Of a stretch of DNA of 64,000 bases, positions 33,860 to 44,827 are shown in pieces. Each line of letters opens with the position of its first letter. Position 1 is the first letter of the stretch. The position numbers and the translations under genes are program-made. The stretch is from an uncultured Candidatus Rokubacteria bacterium (lineage in GTDB: Bacteria; Methylomirabilota; Methylomirabilia; Rokubacteriales; CSP1-6): positions 1 through 64,000 of the forward strand of contig CAVVEU010000029.1 in the NCBI GenBank assembly GCA_963747235.1. The letters are read 5' to 3'. The notes beneath the pieces are model-generated. The model saw only the letters and a program-made list of their open reading frames with translations. It ran no database searches and had not been told where the DNA came from.

Positions 33860-36800
33860 CTACTTGCCGAGGGCTCCGCCGCCGTCGCCGACGAGTATGA
33901 ACGGCGCCCAGAAGAGCGGGTGCGCATAGCTGAACACCGCGCGCTTGCTGCGCTCGTCCTCGTAGACTCCACGGTCGATGAGCGCGTTCAGCGTCTCCTG
34001 GAGGGCCTGCGCCCGCGTGAGGGACTGGTTCTCGTGCTGACGCCGGAACAAGTCCGTGGTGAGCGCCAGCGCCGATCGCGTCTCGACCGGCCAGCTCGTC
34101 ACCAGCAGCGCCCGCGCGCCCGCGTAGAAGAACGCTCGCCCCAGACCCGAGATCGCCTCCGAGCCCGCGCCCCTGGCGCCGGCGGTGTTGCACGCCGAGA
34201 GCACAACCCAGTCGGCGTTCAAGCGGAGCCCCAGGATCTCCTCCATCGTGAGCAGTCCATCGCCGTCCACACCAGCCACGTCCGGCGCAGACAGGGCGAG
34301 CGCCGGCTGCGTGAGCCCGTCGAGATCGCCGGAGACCAGCCCGTGGGTGGCGAAGGCAACCACGCGGTAGCCGGCGAGGTTCACGCTCTTTACCACCTTC
34401 TCGTTGGCTTGGGCCCCGAGGAATACTTCCTTGGTCACGTCGGCGTTCATTGCCAGTGCCAACGACCGGATCTCATCGGCAGTCTCCGGCAACCGGGGCA
34501 GCATCGCCAGCTGGCTGGAATCGATCCCCTCGGTCACCGGGGAGCTTCGCAGTACGATGGGCAACCCTCGGGTCTGGAGTCCCTCGGCACTGGCCATCTG
34601 CCGCGAGGCCTCTTCACGGGCGGCGCGGGCAGCGTGCCGCGGGCTGAACCACGGGTCCCCGAAGCCGATGAAGGGCCGCCGGCTGGGATCAGGCGCAGGC
34701 ATCGATCGCAGCGTCGCCAGCGAGGCCACCGACGGCAGCACCGTCACCGCGTGCGTCCGGACCAGCCAGGGCACCCCCCGATAGTTGGCAAAGAGCAGGT
34801 TCTGCTCCGGCCCGATCGGCGGCGGCTTCGTCGGCAACAGGGCGAACGGCACCTGGCCGAGTACGCCATGTGCAACGACCAGGAGGCTCTGAGCGTCCTT
34901 CCAGCCGGCGGTCACGGGCCCCAGGGCCGCCTGGTAAAGCTGGTGAGCGGTCACGACGTCGAATTCAGGGATGTCGCCGAGTGCCTTGGCTCCGGGGTCG
35001 AGTGCCATTCGGACCTTGTGCACCATCTCGGCCAGCGCTGGCTCGCCGAGCGACGTCGCCCCGAAAGCCACCGGGCCCGAAATCCCGAAGGCCCAGCTGA
35101 AGACACGGTCGTGGGTGACGAATGTCGCAACCAATGCCTCGCCTGGTCGCAACGCCTTCCGGACGGCGTCCACCGTCGCCGGCTTGGGGTTGATCAGCTC
35201 GGCGTAGGCGGGGAACTCACGCTCGAGCTGCCCGAGGAGGGCCTGGCGCGCCTGCCGCAAGAGATCGATCTGCCGGCGGAGGGTGGCGATCACCTTCTGG
35301 TCTTGCTGGTCGTTCGGTGCGCTCAGCACGTTGGCCAGCGCTCCGGCCATCGCACCGAGTTGCTTCTTGGCGTCTTGCTCGCGCCGGACGAGGTCGGCCA
35401 GCGCCGGCGTTCGAGCAGAGGCCCGCGCCGCGCCGGCATCGAGCGCCCGCTGGACTGACTGGCCCCGCGCGACGTCGGCCAGGCGGAAGGCCTCGGCGGC
35501 GACATCGAAGCCCGCTTGGCCCTCGAGCGGCGTCCCCTTGATGTCGGCCAGGAGACCGATGGAGCCGGCGAGGATCATGGTCAGCTGCTGGTCGCGGGCC
35601 GGCCGGCTTGCGGACTCGTCGTCCGTCTCCTGGGTCCGCGTCAACAGAATCGGCGTCGCGTCCTTGAGGTCCCGAAGGGCCCCCGCGCGGTCACCGGCCT
35701 GGGCGAGCGCGATAGCTCGCAAACCGAGGACCTCCGCTGTCATGGGGTCCTTGCCGCCGTAGACGCGGCGGCTCCGCTCGAGTGCCTGATCCAGCACCGG
35801 GATCGCCTCGCCCGGCCGCCCGGTCCTCATGAGCGCCACTGCCCACCCTGAGTTGCCGAGGAGGTGCTTCTCGTAGCCAGCTGGGTCGGCCCGCATGGCC
35901 CGATGGACGGTCCCGTACTCCTGGAGGGCTTCACCCCAGCGCCCCTGCCCCACGAGGGCCTGGGCGAGGTCGGTTCTCGCCACGGCCATGAACAAGGACT
36001 CCTCGCTCGCCTCGCTCTTCTGATAGATATCGAGCGTTACGCGAATCAGGATCTCGGCCTCTGCGAAGCGTCCCTGCTCCGCGATGGTCTGGGCCAGCCT
36101 GCGGACAAGGATCGCAGTGTGAGTGGAGTACCGGCCCCGCCTCCCAAGGGCACTGAGGAGGCCGGTGCGTGCTTCTTTCTCGGCCTCGAGAAGACGACCC
36201 TGTCGTAGCAGCACGGCCGTTACACGGGCGTACGCCAAATCGATCTGGGTGGCCTTGGACGCCTCACTATCGGCGAGCAGCACGTCGATGGACTCCCGCC
36301 ACAAGGCCTCCGCTTTGGCCAGGTGGCCGTTCGCCTCGGCGATCGAGGCGCGAGCCGCCAGCATGTTGCTCTGGTGGAAGGCCCTCGCGGTGGCCCGGAT
36401 GTTTCGCCACCCACGCGACTCCGCTTCCAGCACCTCGAGTCGCCTCAGCACCGCGTTGGCCGCGTCGAGGTCACCCGCCTGCGCATAAAGCCGGACCTGG
36501 AACGCGTACAGATTGAACAGAAGGGCGGGCCGATCCGGCCCGACGGCGGCGATCGCTTGACTGATATAGCTCACCGCCCGACTGACACTTCCCCCCATTG
36601 CCTCGGCGGTTGCCGCGCGGGCGAGGATCTCGTCGTACGCCAGCGGCGTCGAGCCGCCCCGACCGGCCCATTGCAGGCCCTGACGCCAGTCCTCCAGTTC
36701 CTGCTTCTGGCGGCCGACTCACGGTTGGCCAGCGCCCGCTCGACATAGAAGGTGGCGAGGACGCTCGGGTTCGCCGTCTCTGGCGGTTGCTGGTCGACCT

Positions 36801-37015
36801 TGACCCGCGCCGCCTCCACCACCTTCGGGTCGAAGCGCTTCTGCTGGTCTAGAAGCACGGTCGAGATCGTCGATGGTTCGAGGCGGCGGCACGAAGGAGC
36901 TGCCGCTGAAGGAGGCCGTGACCTTCTTGGCTTCCTCGATCGACATCGTCTGGCAGCCGACGAAGACCGGCACCGTCAGGAGCACGACACAGAGCGAACC
37001 GACGAGGCTGTTCAT
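33860..37015 (-). CDS. CHAT-domain (caspase-like) TPR lipoprotein; indels 36.6-36.9 kb
   Basis: Lipobox VFVGC, TPR helices, FATHGL and LSACNT catalytic motifs, HPLFWAPF. Confidence 0.85.
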
Positions 37016-37066
37016 GGCAATCGCCCTACTCATCTACCGGCGGACTCCCAAGCCATCACGATTCTC

Positions 37067-38095
37067 TCAACGAGTCACTAGCACCTTCTTCACCCAGCCA
37101 CTTCCCTTGCTCGTCTCGACGCTCAAGAAGCCGTCTTGCTCCTTGCCCATGGCGATGAGTTCCTCTCCCTTGCCGAGGGTGGCTAGCGCGTCACTCGCCT
37201 CGGACGGCTTGGCGAAAAGCCTGACGTTGCCGATCTTCGGCCGCACCACGTCGCCCTCGTTGAACACGTCGCCACCCTTGGTCCGTTTGCCGGCCTCCTC
37301 GGCCAGTGAGCCGACGCCGCGCTGCAGTGCCGGATCGGCGCGCACAGCCCGGACGATCCCGTTGTAGTTGTCGGCGAAGCTGGCCGCGATGACCTTGCCT
37401 TCGTTCGTGTTCGAGTAGCCGCCGCCGGCGCCGCCGCCGAGCAGCCCGCCAAGACGGAAGTCGGCTTTCTTGGCGCTCCCCTTGGCCGAAGCCACTTGAA
37501 CGGTGGAGCGCGCGTCGGCCAAGAGCATACTGGTCTCCGCCTCCTTGAACTTGAGACCCCCGGCGAGGCCGCCGACAACGCGTCCGCCTGCCCCGAACAG
37601 GCCGCCGATCGTGCCGAGGGCACCGCCTACACCGCCGGCGTCATCTTCGTGGAACACGACTGCAGGCGTCATGATGTAGTCGGCCGTCGCGATCTGGCCC
37701 CCGCCCATGTTGGAGTCCTGCCTCAACTCGCCCGACTTCCCAAGCGCGCGCTCCTGCATCACATTTTGCATGCCGGAGCCGCGCTCAACGACGATGAAGC
37801 AGTTGGACTGCTGCAGCATCAGCCGGATGAGACCAGTCGGAGGTCCGAGGTTGTAGCGGGACAAGGATGCGACGGCGTCCTGGGACTCGACCACCGCTAC
37901 GGTGGCCATCGGTTTCTCGCAGCGCTCGAGGTCGGATGCGGCGCCCTGGGCGCCGCCGGTGCCTGCCGCCCCCTTGACGACGCTGCCGCCCTCGCCCTTC
38001 TTCATGTCGAGGACGCCCTGGGCGCGTGCGTCTACTGCCACGCCGATGGTGACTGCCAGGATGCATGCCGACAACGCACTCCGTGAGATCCCCAT
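37067..38095 (-). CDS. CsgG/HfaB-family protein with C-terminal SH3-like domain
   Basis: Signal peptide, QQSNCFIVVERG, ADY, Gly-zipper, C-terminal GWV. Confidence 0.75.
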   Translation of the reverse strand: MGISRSALSACILAVTIGVAVDARAQGVLDMKKGEGGSVVKGAAGTGGAQGAASDLERCEKPMATVAVVESQDAVASLSRYNLGPPTGLIRLMLQQSNCFIVVERGSGMQNVMQERALGKSGELRQDSNMGGGQIATADYIMTPAVVFHEDDAGGVGGALGTIGGLFGAGGRVVGGLAGGLKFKEAETSMLLADARSTVQVASAKGSAKKADFRLGGLLGGGAGGGYSNTNEGKVIAASFADNYNGIVRAVRADPALQRGVGSLAEEAGKRTKGGDVFNEGDVVRPKIGNVRLFAKPSEASDALATLGKGEELIAMGKEQDGFLSVETSKGSGWVKKVLVTR

Positions 38096-38716
38096 ACGAC
38101 TATTCCCCCTTGCGGCCCAACTAGCACGCGCGGCCAAGCGAAGCCGCCGAACTAGCACGTCGCCGGTCTAACCCTGCGACCTCTTCGGCTCGTCGGGTTA
38201 TCGCTCTGCCGCCTCGGACGATCCCGCGATCGTTCGGTCAATGGGTCTATCGCTGATGTCCCACAGACAAAGTTGGACTCACCACACCATCGTGAGGCAC
38301 AGTCGGATTTCCTCGGTATGGGACCTAGGGCCAATGTCTGTGGTCAGCCAGTCGCGGGCACAGCGGGACCAGCTTCTTCGAAACCACTGGATCCGCCAAG
38401 TTCTCCGTTGGCGGTTGATTTGCAATGTTCGGTGCGTGTGCCCAGCCCCTCCCAAGGCGTCGCGCAGCAGACGGACCGTGTCGCTCCTATGCCAAGCGAC
38501 ACTCGGATATCACGACCCCGTCAGAGAATTCAGAAGGCAACTTCAGACGTCGACAGGCCGCTGGTACAACCCGGCGTACATTCGCCTCGTGAATGACGCC
38601 AGGGCCGTGGCGGTTCCAGAGAACGCTGGCACTACCTGTGAGGTTCGGGTGCCTGTGTTGCATCAGCCAGCGTCTGGCGAAGCAGGCTCTGTCGCGATCG
38701 TCGGTGTGGGTAACGC

Positions 38717-38793
38717 CTGGGTAAACGAAAAGGGGTTAGCGGCTTCAATGTCCGCTAACCCCCCGTCTTCAATGGTTGCGGGGGCTGGATTTG
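38717..38793 (-). mobile_element. att scar S4: tRNA 3' 21 bp plus module
   Basis: ctgggtaaacgaaaaggggttagcgg..ccgctaacccc, tggttgcgggggctggatttg, then cagaatgctacac as in S2. Confidence 0.9.
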
Positions 38794-39009
38794 CAGAATG
38801 CTACACGGCTCCTGAAGCGTTCTGGGTCGATCTCCGGCAGCGGGCGGTTGGTGGCCCGGCAACCGAAAGCCCTCCGTGAGGGAGACAATGCCTCTGAGCG
38901 GTCTGGCAACCGCCTGATGGAATGGGCCACGGGCTCTCCGCCGTGCCGTCTGCCTATTCCCGCCCGGGTCTGTTAGACTCGCGCCCACCACTCGGGAGAT
39001 GACACGCTG

Positions 39010-39995
39010 ATGGATCGTCGGAGCTTCGTCGCCACCCTGGCAGGCGGCCTCCTCGCCGCGCCGCTCGCCGCGGAGGCGCAGCAGGCGGGGAAGGTCTACC
39101 GGATCGGTTTCCTCGGGAACTCCACCGCCGCCCTCGAGGCCAATCTCGTCGGGCCGTTCCGCGAGGGCTTGCGGGACCTCGGCTACGTCGAGGGTCGAAC
39201 CTCGTCATCGAGTATCGGTGGGCCGAGGGAAAGTACGAGCGCTTTCCCCGCTCGTGGCTCGAGCTCGTCGCCCTCAAGGTGGATGTGATCGTCACCGCCG
39301 GAACGCCCGCCGCCCTAGCCGTCAAGCAGGCGACGACGACGGTCCCCATCGTCATGGCGGCCGTGGGCGATCCCGTCGGCACCGGCCTCGTCGCGAGCCT
39401 CGCCCGGCCCGGCGGGAACCTCACGGGACTGGCGTCGATCTCGCCGGACCTGGAGGGGAAGCGGTTGGAGCTGCTCAGGGAGCTCGTCCCGAAGCTCTCC
39501 CGCGTGGCCTTCCTCGTGAATCCCGCCAATGCACTCCACACGGTCTCGGAGAAGCACGCGCGCGAGGCGGCCACCGTGCTGCGCCTGAAGCTGCAGTTTG
39601 TGGGCGTGCAGTCGGAGGTGGAGTTCGATCACGCATTCGAGACCATCGCCAGAGAGCGGCCGGGCGCCATGGTGGTGCTTGCAGACCGCGCTCTTCCTGC
39701 ACCACCGGAGCGCATCGTTGACTTTGCCGCGCGGCACCGTCTGCCGACGGTCTATCCGTACAGCGGAGCTGGCAGAGGCTGGGGGCCTGATGTGCCTTTG
39801 GCCCGAGCTATCCCGACATGCACCGGCGCGCCGCCGCCTACGTGGACAAGATCCTGAAGGGCGCCAAGCCCGCTGACCTCCCCGTCCAGCAGCCCACCAA
39901 GTTCGAGCTCGTCATCAACCTCAAGACCGCCAAGGCCCTCGGCCTGACGATCCCGTCGACGCTGCTCGCAGCGGGCGGATCAGGTGATCGAGTAA
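39010..39995 (+). CDS. ABC substrate-binding protein (ABC_sub_bind/TrpX-like) copy 1; several indels
   Basis: MDRRSF.. signal, [31 protein letters not shown]. Confidence 0.85.
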
Positions 39996-40108
39996 TGGAT
40001 CGGCGCATCTTCCTCGGCACGTTGGCGAGCGGCCTCCTTGCCGCGCCTCTCGGCGCGGAGGCGCAGCCGGCGGCCAAAGTTTACCCGATCGGTTCCTCGG
40101 AAACTCGA
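39995..40108 (+). pseudogene. SBP 5' stub
   Basis: [32 protein letters not shown](F)LGNS, ends at att scar S5. Confidence 0.8.
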
Positions 40109-40130
40109 TGGTTGCGGGGGTCCGCAACCA
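40109..40130 (-). mobile_element. att scar S5: tRNA 3' 12 bp, palindromic
   Basis: TGGTTGCGG-gggt-CCGCAACCA; first 12 nt identical to 49903-49914. Confidence 0.65.
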
Positions 40131-40296
40131 CCTGCAGGCAAACCACCGATCGATCGCATTCCGCTTCGAGATTCAAGCTTCAGACTACACTCTCGAAAGT
40201 GCTCGCAGCGACCGCGCCTATATGCCTGTGCCGTAAAATCCGTCGGCTCGCCAAACACATCCCCGAATCTCCGAAAACAACTCTGCAGCAAATCAT

Positions 40297-40620
40297 TCAG
40301 CGCATCGCGGTCTCCCTCCTCGAAGGCGCTTGTGAGCAGTCGAAAACATTCGACATAATCGTCTGCCATTCGCCGCCCACTCGGTAAGCCTCTGGCACCT
40401 CATTCGGCCCCTTCCTCATGGCGCGCCAAGCATCGATCAAGCGACCGAGAAGCTCTGCTGGGATAGGTTCCTTCAGGCGATGTTCTTGCAGCCCCTTTTC
40501 CACTTGCACCATCGTGCCATACTGATCCTCCATGTACTTGTTGACAAAGTAACCTGACACGGCCGTTTCCGGTCTTTTACGGCGAAGGAGGCGCCTCAGA
40601 TGCCCCCTAATGGGCCGCAT
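40297..40620 (-). CDS. Hypothetical protein, possibly a frameshifted or truncated gene
   Basis: Lower-GC ORF with plausible composition; no family confidently recognised. Confidence 0.35.
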   Translation of the reverse strand: MRPIRGHLRRLLRRKRPETAVSGYFVNKYMEDQYGTMVQVEKGLQEHRLKEPIPAELLGRLIDAWRAMRKGPNEVPEAYRVGGEWQTIMSNVFDCSQAPSRRETAMR

Positions 40621-40757
40621 GCTGAATATTTGGCACCTCGGCCAGAATCGGGGCGTGGCATAGAGGCGCCCGCGGCGTCAGAACCGAGGCTCGTGCCCAC
40701 GACGGCCACCTCGGCACCTCCTACGGCGCGGTGCACTGACGATCTCCGGAGGCCCCA

Positions 40758-42948
40758 ATGAACCGGTGCATGTTCAGGACGATGACTCTGTGGTGCCTTC
40801 TCGCCGCACGACGTTGGTTGGACTTCCGCATACAGATCACGGTACCGCAAACGCTCGGTCTCACGTTGCTGCTCGTTGCTGCCTTTGTGCTGCGATCTGA
40901 GACGCTCTTTACCTTCACAGAGGCAGCACCGTTCTTCGTCCTTGCCTTTCTCTCCATCGTGCCTTTGGGCGGCGCGATCGTACAAGTCTTGTTGCCGGAC
41001 GTTCAGGGTCGAGCCGAGCGGGCCGCCCTTATCGCGATAACCGGCTATGCGAGCTCGGTAACATTCGGCTTTCTGCTCGGCGCCATCGGAATACAGTGGG
41101 TGTACTTCCCCCTGTGTCTGGGCGCGCTCCTTCTGTGGCTGACCCAGATCTATCTGCGGGCGCCCGCCGAAGGCGGACCGCTCCGACGGATCACCTCCCT
41201 AACCCCGTTTGGCAGTGTCTGGAGTTCCCAGGGGCCATGGCTCGTCGGGATCATCGCTCTTCTGAGCGTCCTGGTGACCATGCCGTTGTTAGCACCGCGT
41301 GTCCGCGTGACGAACGATCTCATGCATGACTACTCCTTCATCGACCAGCACTATCACCTGACACACGCGGTGATGTTCATATACGGGGCGCCCATGCGGA
41401 TATGGCCCGCTTTGGCGGGAACGCAGCCCCTCGTGTATCCGGATTTCCACAATTTTTGGATGGGACAACTTGCGGCATGGAGTCATGCAGATATCGACAG
41501 CATCTTTTACGTCTATGCGCCAATCGCCATGATCGCTTTGAACACGCTTCTGCTCTACGCGTTTGGCAAGAGTGTGACCGGCTCCCCGTGGGGAGGGTGT
41601 ATCGGCGCCGGTCTGGGGTACCTTCTCTTTGTGCCCAATCCGTATGAGCCGAACATTTTCTTGAGCGATGTCGAGGGCCCGCCCTGGATACTCGCGCGAA
41701 CCCACTTTCTCGAACTGGCCTCCGGCGCTGTCTATGGAGTTGGATGGCAGCTGCTGACGGGCGTGGCACTATGCGTGTCGTTTATCGTTTCCAAACAGAC
41801 GTTTCGAACCCAGGTCGGTGCGCTTACCGTGGCGGCCATCCTTCTGACCTCGTTGGTGCGTATTCGACCGCACTACTTCGTTGCCACAGCGCCGCCATTT
41901 TTCATCCTGATTGCCTGGCTGCTCCACAAGCGGCTGGACGTACGGCTTCTGTTGCCGGTGGGAGTATTCGCCCTATTGTTCGGCGCAGTCTTCCTGGAGA
42001 GCACGAGCCGACACTACAATACGTCAACTCTCGATCTGGGGCTCGCATACGGGCCGGAAGGCGACCTCCTCATCAAGTACTACCTACCCCAGACGTTTGT
42101 CAGATGGGTAGTACGTTTGCCTGTGTTCATCGTGCCGATTGCCGCGATCTGTCTCTACATTCTGATTCGCCTCAGTGGGACCGCCATCGTGCTCATCCTT
42201 GCCTATGGCCTCTGTCAGGTATTGCGGAAAACATGGCGGCCTGGTCCGGTAGACCACTATCTGTGGGCTGTTCTGGTCTTCACCATTGCGGCATCGGCTG
42301 TAATCGTAAAGCCAGACTTTGTGGATGTAGGCGGAAACTGGGGAACTCAAGCACTGTTCATCGTACCGCGCATCGTGCTTCTACTTGCAGTGGTGCCGCT
42401 GTATGAACTTCTGCGCCGGCTCTACCGAACCTCTCCGTGGCTACAAGTCCACTCACGTCACTTCGCGTTGGCCAGTCTGCTCTTGTTCTCGGTCGTTGCC
42501 TACCGGGGCGCAAGTGCCACGCTTCACCAACAGGCCAGTCGAGCCTACCCCTCAAGTGCACACGAACTCAGCGTCTACAACTGGATCAGGGCGAACACAT
42601 CTGTTGATACGGTCGTCGCGGCGAATCCGGCGCATGTGGTCAATCCCCGAGGGGAAACGATTCGCGACACACATTTTCTCGGGGCGATGACCCATCGTCC
42701 GGTTTATTTGGAAAAGAGGAGTACCCCAATTCCTTGCACGCCGCGGAGGTGTCTAAGCGTCGAGACACGCTCCAGCAACTCTTCGCAGCAACCACCCCCG
42801 CTCTGGTTCGTCAGGTGGTAAGCAGGAGCAATATTGACCTGATCCTCATCTATCCCGACACACCTACGATGGTCGACCTTTCCTGTTGTATGAAGTTGGT
42901 CTATGGCGACACTCTGAAAGTCTACGAAGTGTTGCACACGGATCGATG
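40758..42948 (+). CDS. Polytopic membrane protein, GT-C/surface-glycan-modification-like; indel ~42730
   Basis: Many TM segments, soluble C-terminal domain (WIRANT..D.VV); visibly lower GC. Confidence 0.55.
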
Positions 42949-42970
42949 ACGTTCGACCGCGGCCATCGTC

Positions 42971-44022
42971 TGGACCTGCTCCCCGAACACTCCGCCACGG
43001 GGGTGGTGACGATTCGGCTTAGGATCCCCGCGGGGAGGCCCCGCGATGCGTCGGAAACGGTTCACGGAAGAGCAGATCATCGGGATCCTGAAGCGTCTGG
43101 TCGCGGATCTCACGCGGGATAGACGGAGTTGGTCAGAAAAAAGGCCTGACGCCCGCGGCGCAGCGGATCGCGGTGCGGGCGATGCAGGCGAGCTCCGGGT
43201 GGAGTGAGCGCCGGGCGTGCGGCCTGGGGAGCACGGACCGCTCCACGTGCCGGTACCAGGCGCGGCGCGTGGACTGGCCGGCGCTGCGCGAGCGGCTGCG
43301 CGGACTGGCCGCCAAGCGCCGTCGCTTTGGCTATCGCCGGCTCTATGTCCTCCTCCGGCGAGAGGGGTATCGCGTGAATCTCTAGCGGGTCTACGCCTGT
43401 ATCGCGAGGAGGGGTTCGCGGTGCGGCGCCGCCGTCGCCAGCGCCGCGTCGCCCGCGGGACGCCGCCGGCCGTGCCGACTCGGATCAACGCGCGCTGGTC
43501 GCTGGACTTCTTGCTCGACACTCTGGAGGGTGGCCGCCGCGTGCGGCTCCTGGCCGTGGTCGATGACTTCACGCGGAACTGCTTGGCGCTCGAAGTGGAC
43601 ACGTCGATCGGCGGGCGCCGGGTCGTCAAGGTGCTCCAGCGGCTCGTCGAGACGCGCGGGACACCGGCGGTGCTCATCACGGACAATGGGCCCGAGTTCG
43701 CCGGCCGAACGCTCGATGCGTGAGCCTACGCGCAGGGGATCCGGCTGCACTTCATCGAGCCCGGCAAGCCAAACCAGAATGCCTACATTAAGAGCTTCAA
43801 CGGCCGGTTCCGTGACGAGTGCTCAACGAGCACTGATTCCTCAGCCTGGCTCAGACGCGCCAGATCGTCGAGGCCTGGCGCCTGGACTACAATGCGGTCC
43901 GGCCGCATAGCTCCCTGGGGCAGATTCCCCCTCGGGAGTTCGTGGCCGCGTGGCAGTTAACCCGGGCCGCACGAGGCGCAATCCTCAACCTCGAAACGGT
44001 CTAGTTTTCGGGGGCAGGTCCA
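42971..44022 (+). mobile_element. Degenerate IS3-family element
   Basis: IRs tggacctgctccccgaacact / agttttcgggggcaggtcca; deleted orfA (RFTEEQIIGILK); orfB WSLDF, TDNGPEF, FNGRFRDEC with internal stops. Confidence 0.9.
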
Positions 44023-44471
44023 CCGAGCGCGATTGGAGGAGAGTCGGGGAGCAGGTCGTCATGACCAAGCTGGAACGGCTGGATGCGTTGCTGCGGCAGG
44101 GCGAAGTCGGCGGCATCCTCGGGCATGGGCTCTCCTGCACTGTCGGTAAGCATATCGCTTGCTCGGCCTCCTCCTAATGCGCCAATTCCCACCCGCGCGC
44201 GGCCACGCGCTAGCCGGGTGGGGTTGCTGGCCTCGGCCCACCAATTCGGCTACGATAACCGCGCTATGGAGCGCGCCGAGCAGCTACCGTGGCGGCCCGG
44301 CGGACGGGGGGGCAGACGTGGCGGCGCAGCACTGCCCGAACCGGAGAGGCCTGAACGTGTTTGCGGGCCCCTCTGCCGCTGATGCAGCTGCCGCCCCGTC
44401 CCCCCGCGCCGCCAGTGAGTTAGGGCTCCTCAGGTTGACTCCAGCAGCCTACACCCGAAAAGGAGCGAACA

Positions 44472-44735
44472 GTGCGTTGGACGGTCACCATCAAGGACCA
44501 AACATATGGCGTTCACACCGAAGTCAACGCGTATGAATGTCGAGTGACCCGATCAGGGGGCGAGGTCAGGTTGAGCGTTCAAAATGTGAAGCCGGGCGGT
44601 CTGAGGGAGGGTCGTTTCTTGATGCCGTCGGACGTTGCCCGACAATTGGGGAGCGCACTGCTCCTCGCTTGCGCCGGAGAGAGCGAGCGTATCGACATCG
44701 TCTTCTCCGCTGAGGAGCCGAAGGCCAAACGATGA
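44472..44735 (+). CDS. Small hypothetical protein
   Basis: AAGGAG RBS, 87 aa, globular composition. Confidence 0.55.
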   Translation: MRWTVTIKDQTYGVHTEVNAYECRVTRSGGEVRLSVQNVKPGGLREGRFLMPSDVARQLGSALLLACAGESERIDIVFSAEEPKAKR

Positions 44736-44770
44736 ATCGGGCAAAGACAGAGCGCCCCGGGCGCTTCTGC

Positions 44771-44827
44771 CTCGGCCTGACGATCCCGCCGTCGCTGCTG
44801 CTGCGGGCGGATCAGGTGATCGAGTGA
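44771..44827 (+). repeat. Isolated SBP 3' tail
   Basis: Encodes LGLTIPPSLLLRADQVIE* with no SBP body upstream. Confidence 0.9.

Noticed and set aside
38241-38879. 212-aa ORF as an integrase
   Set aside because: No recombinase motifs; it only reads through the att module.
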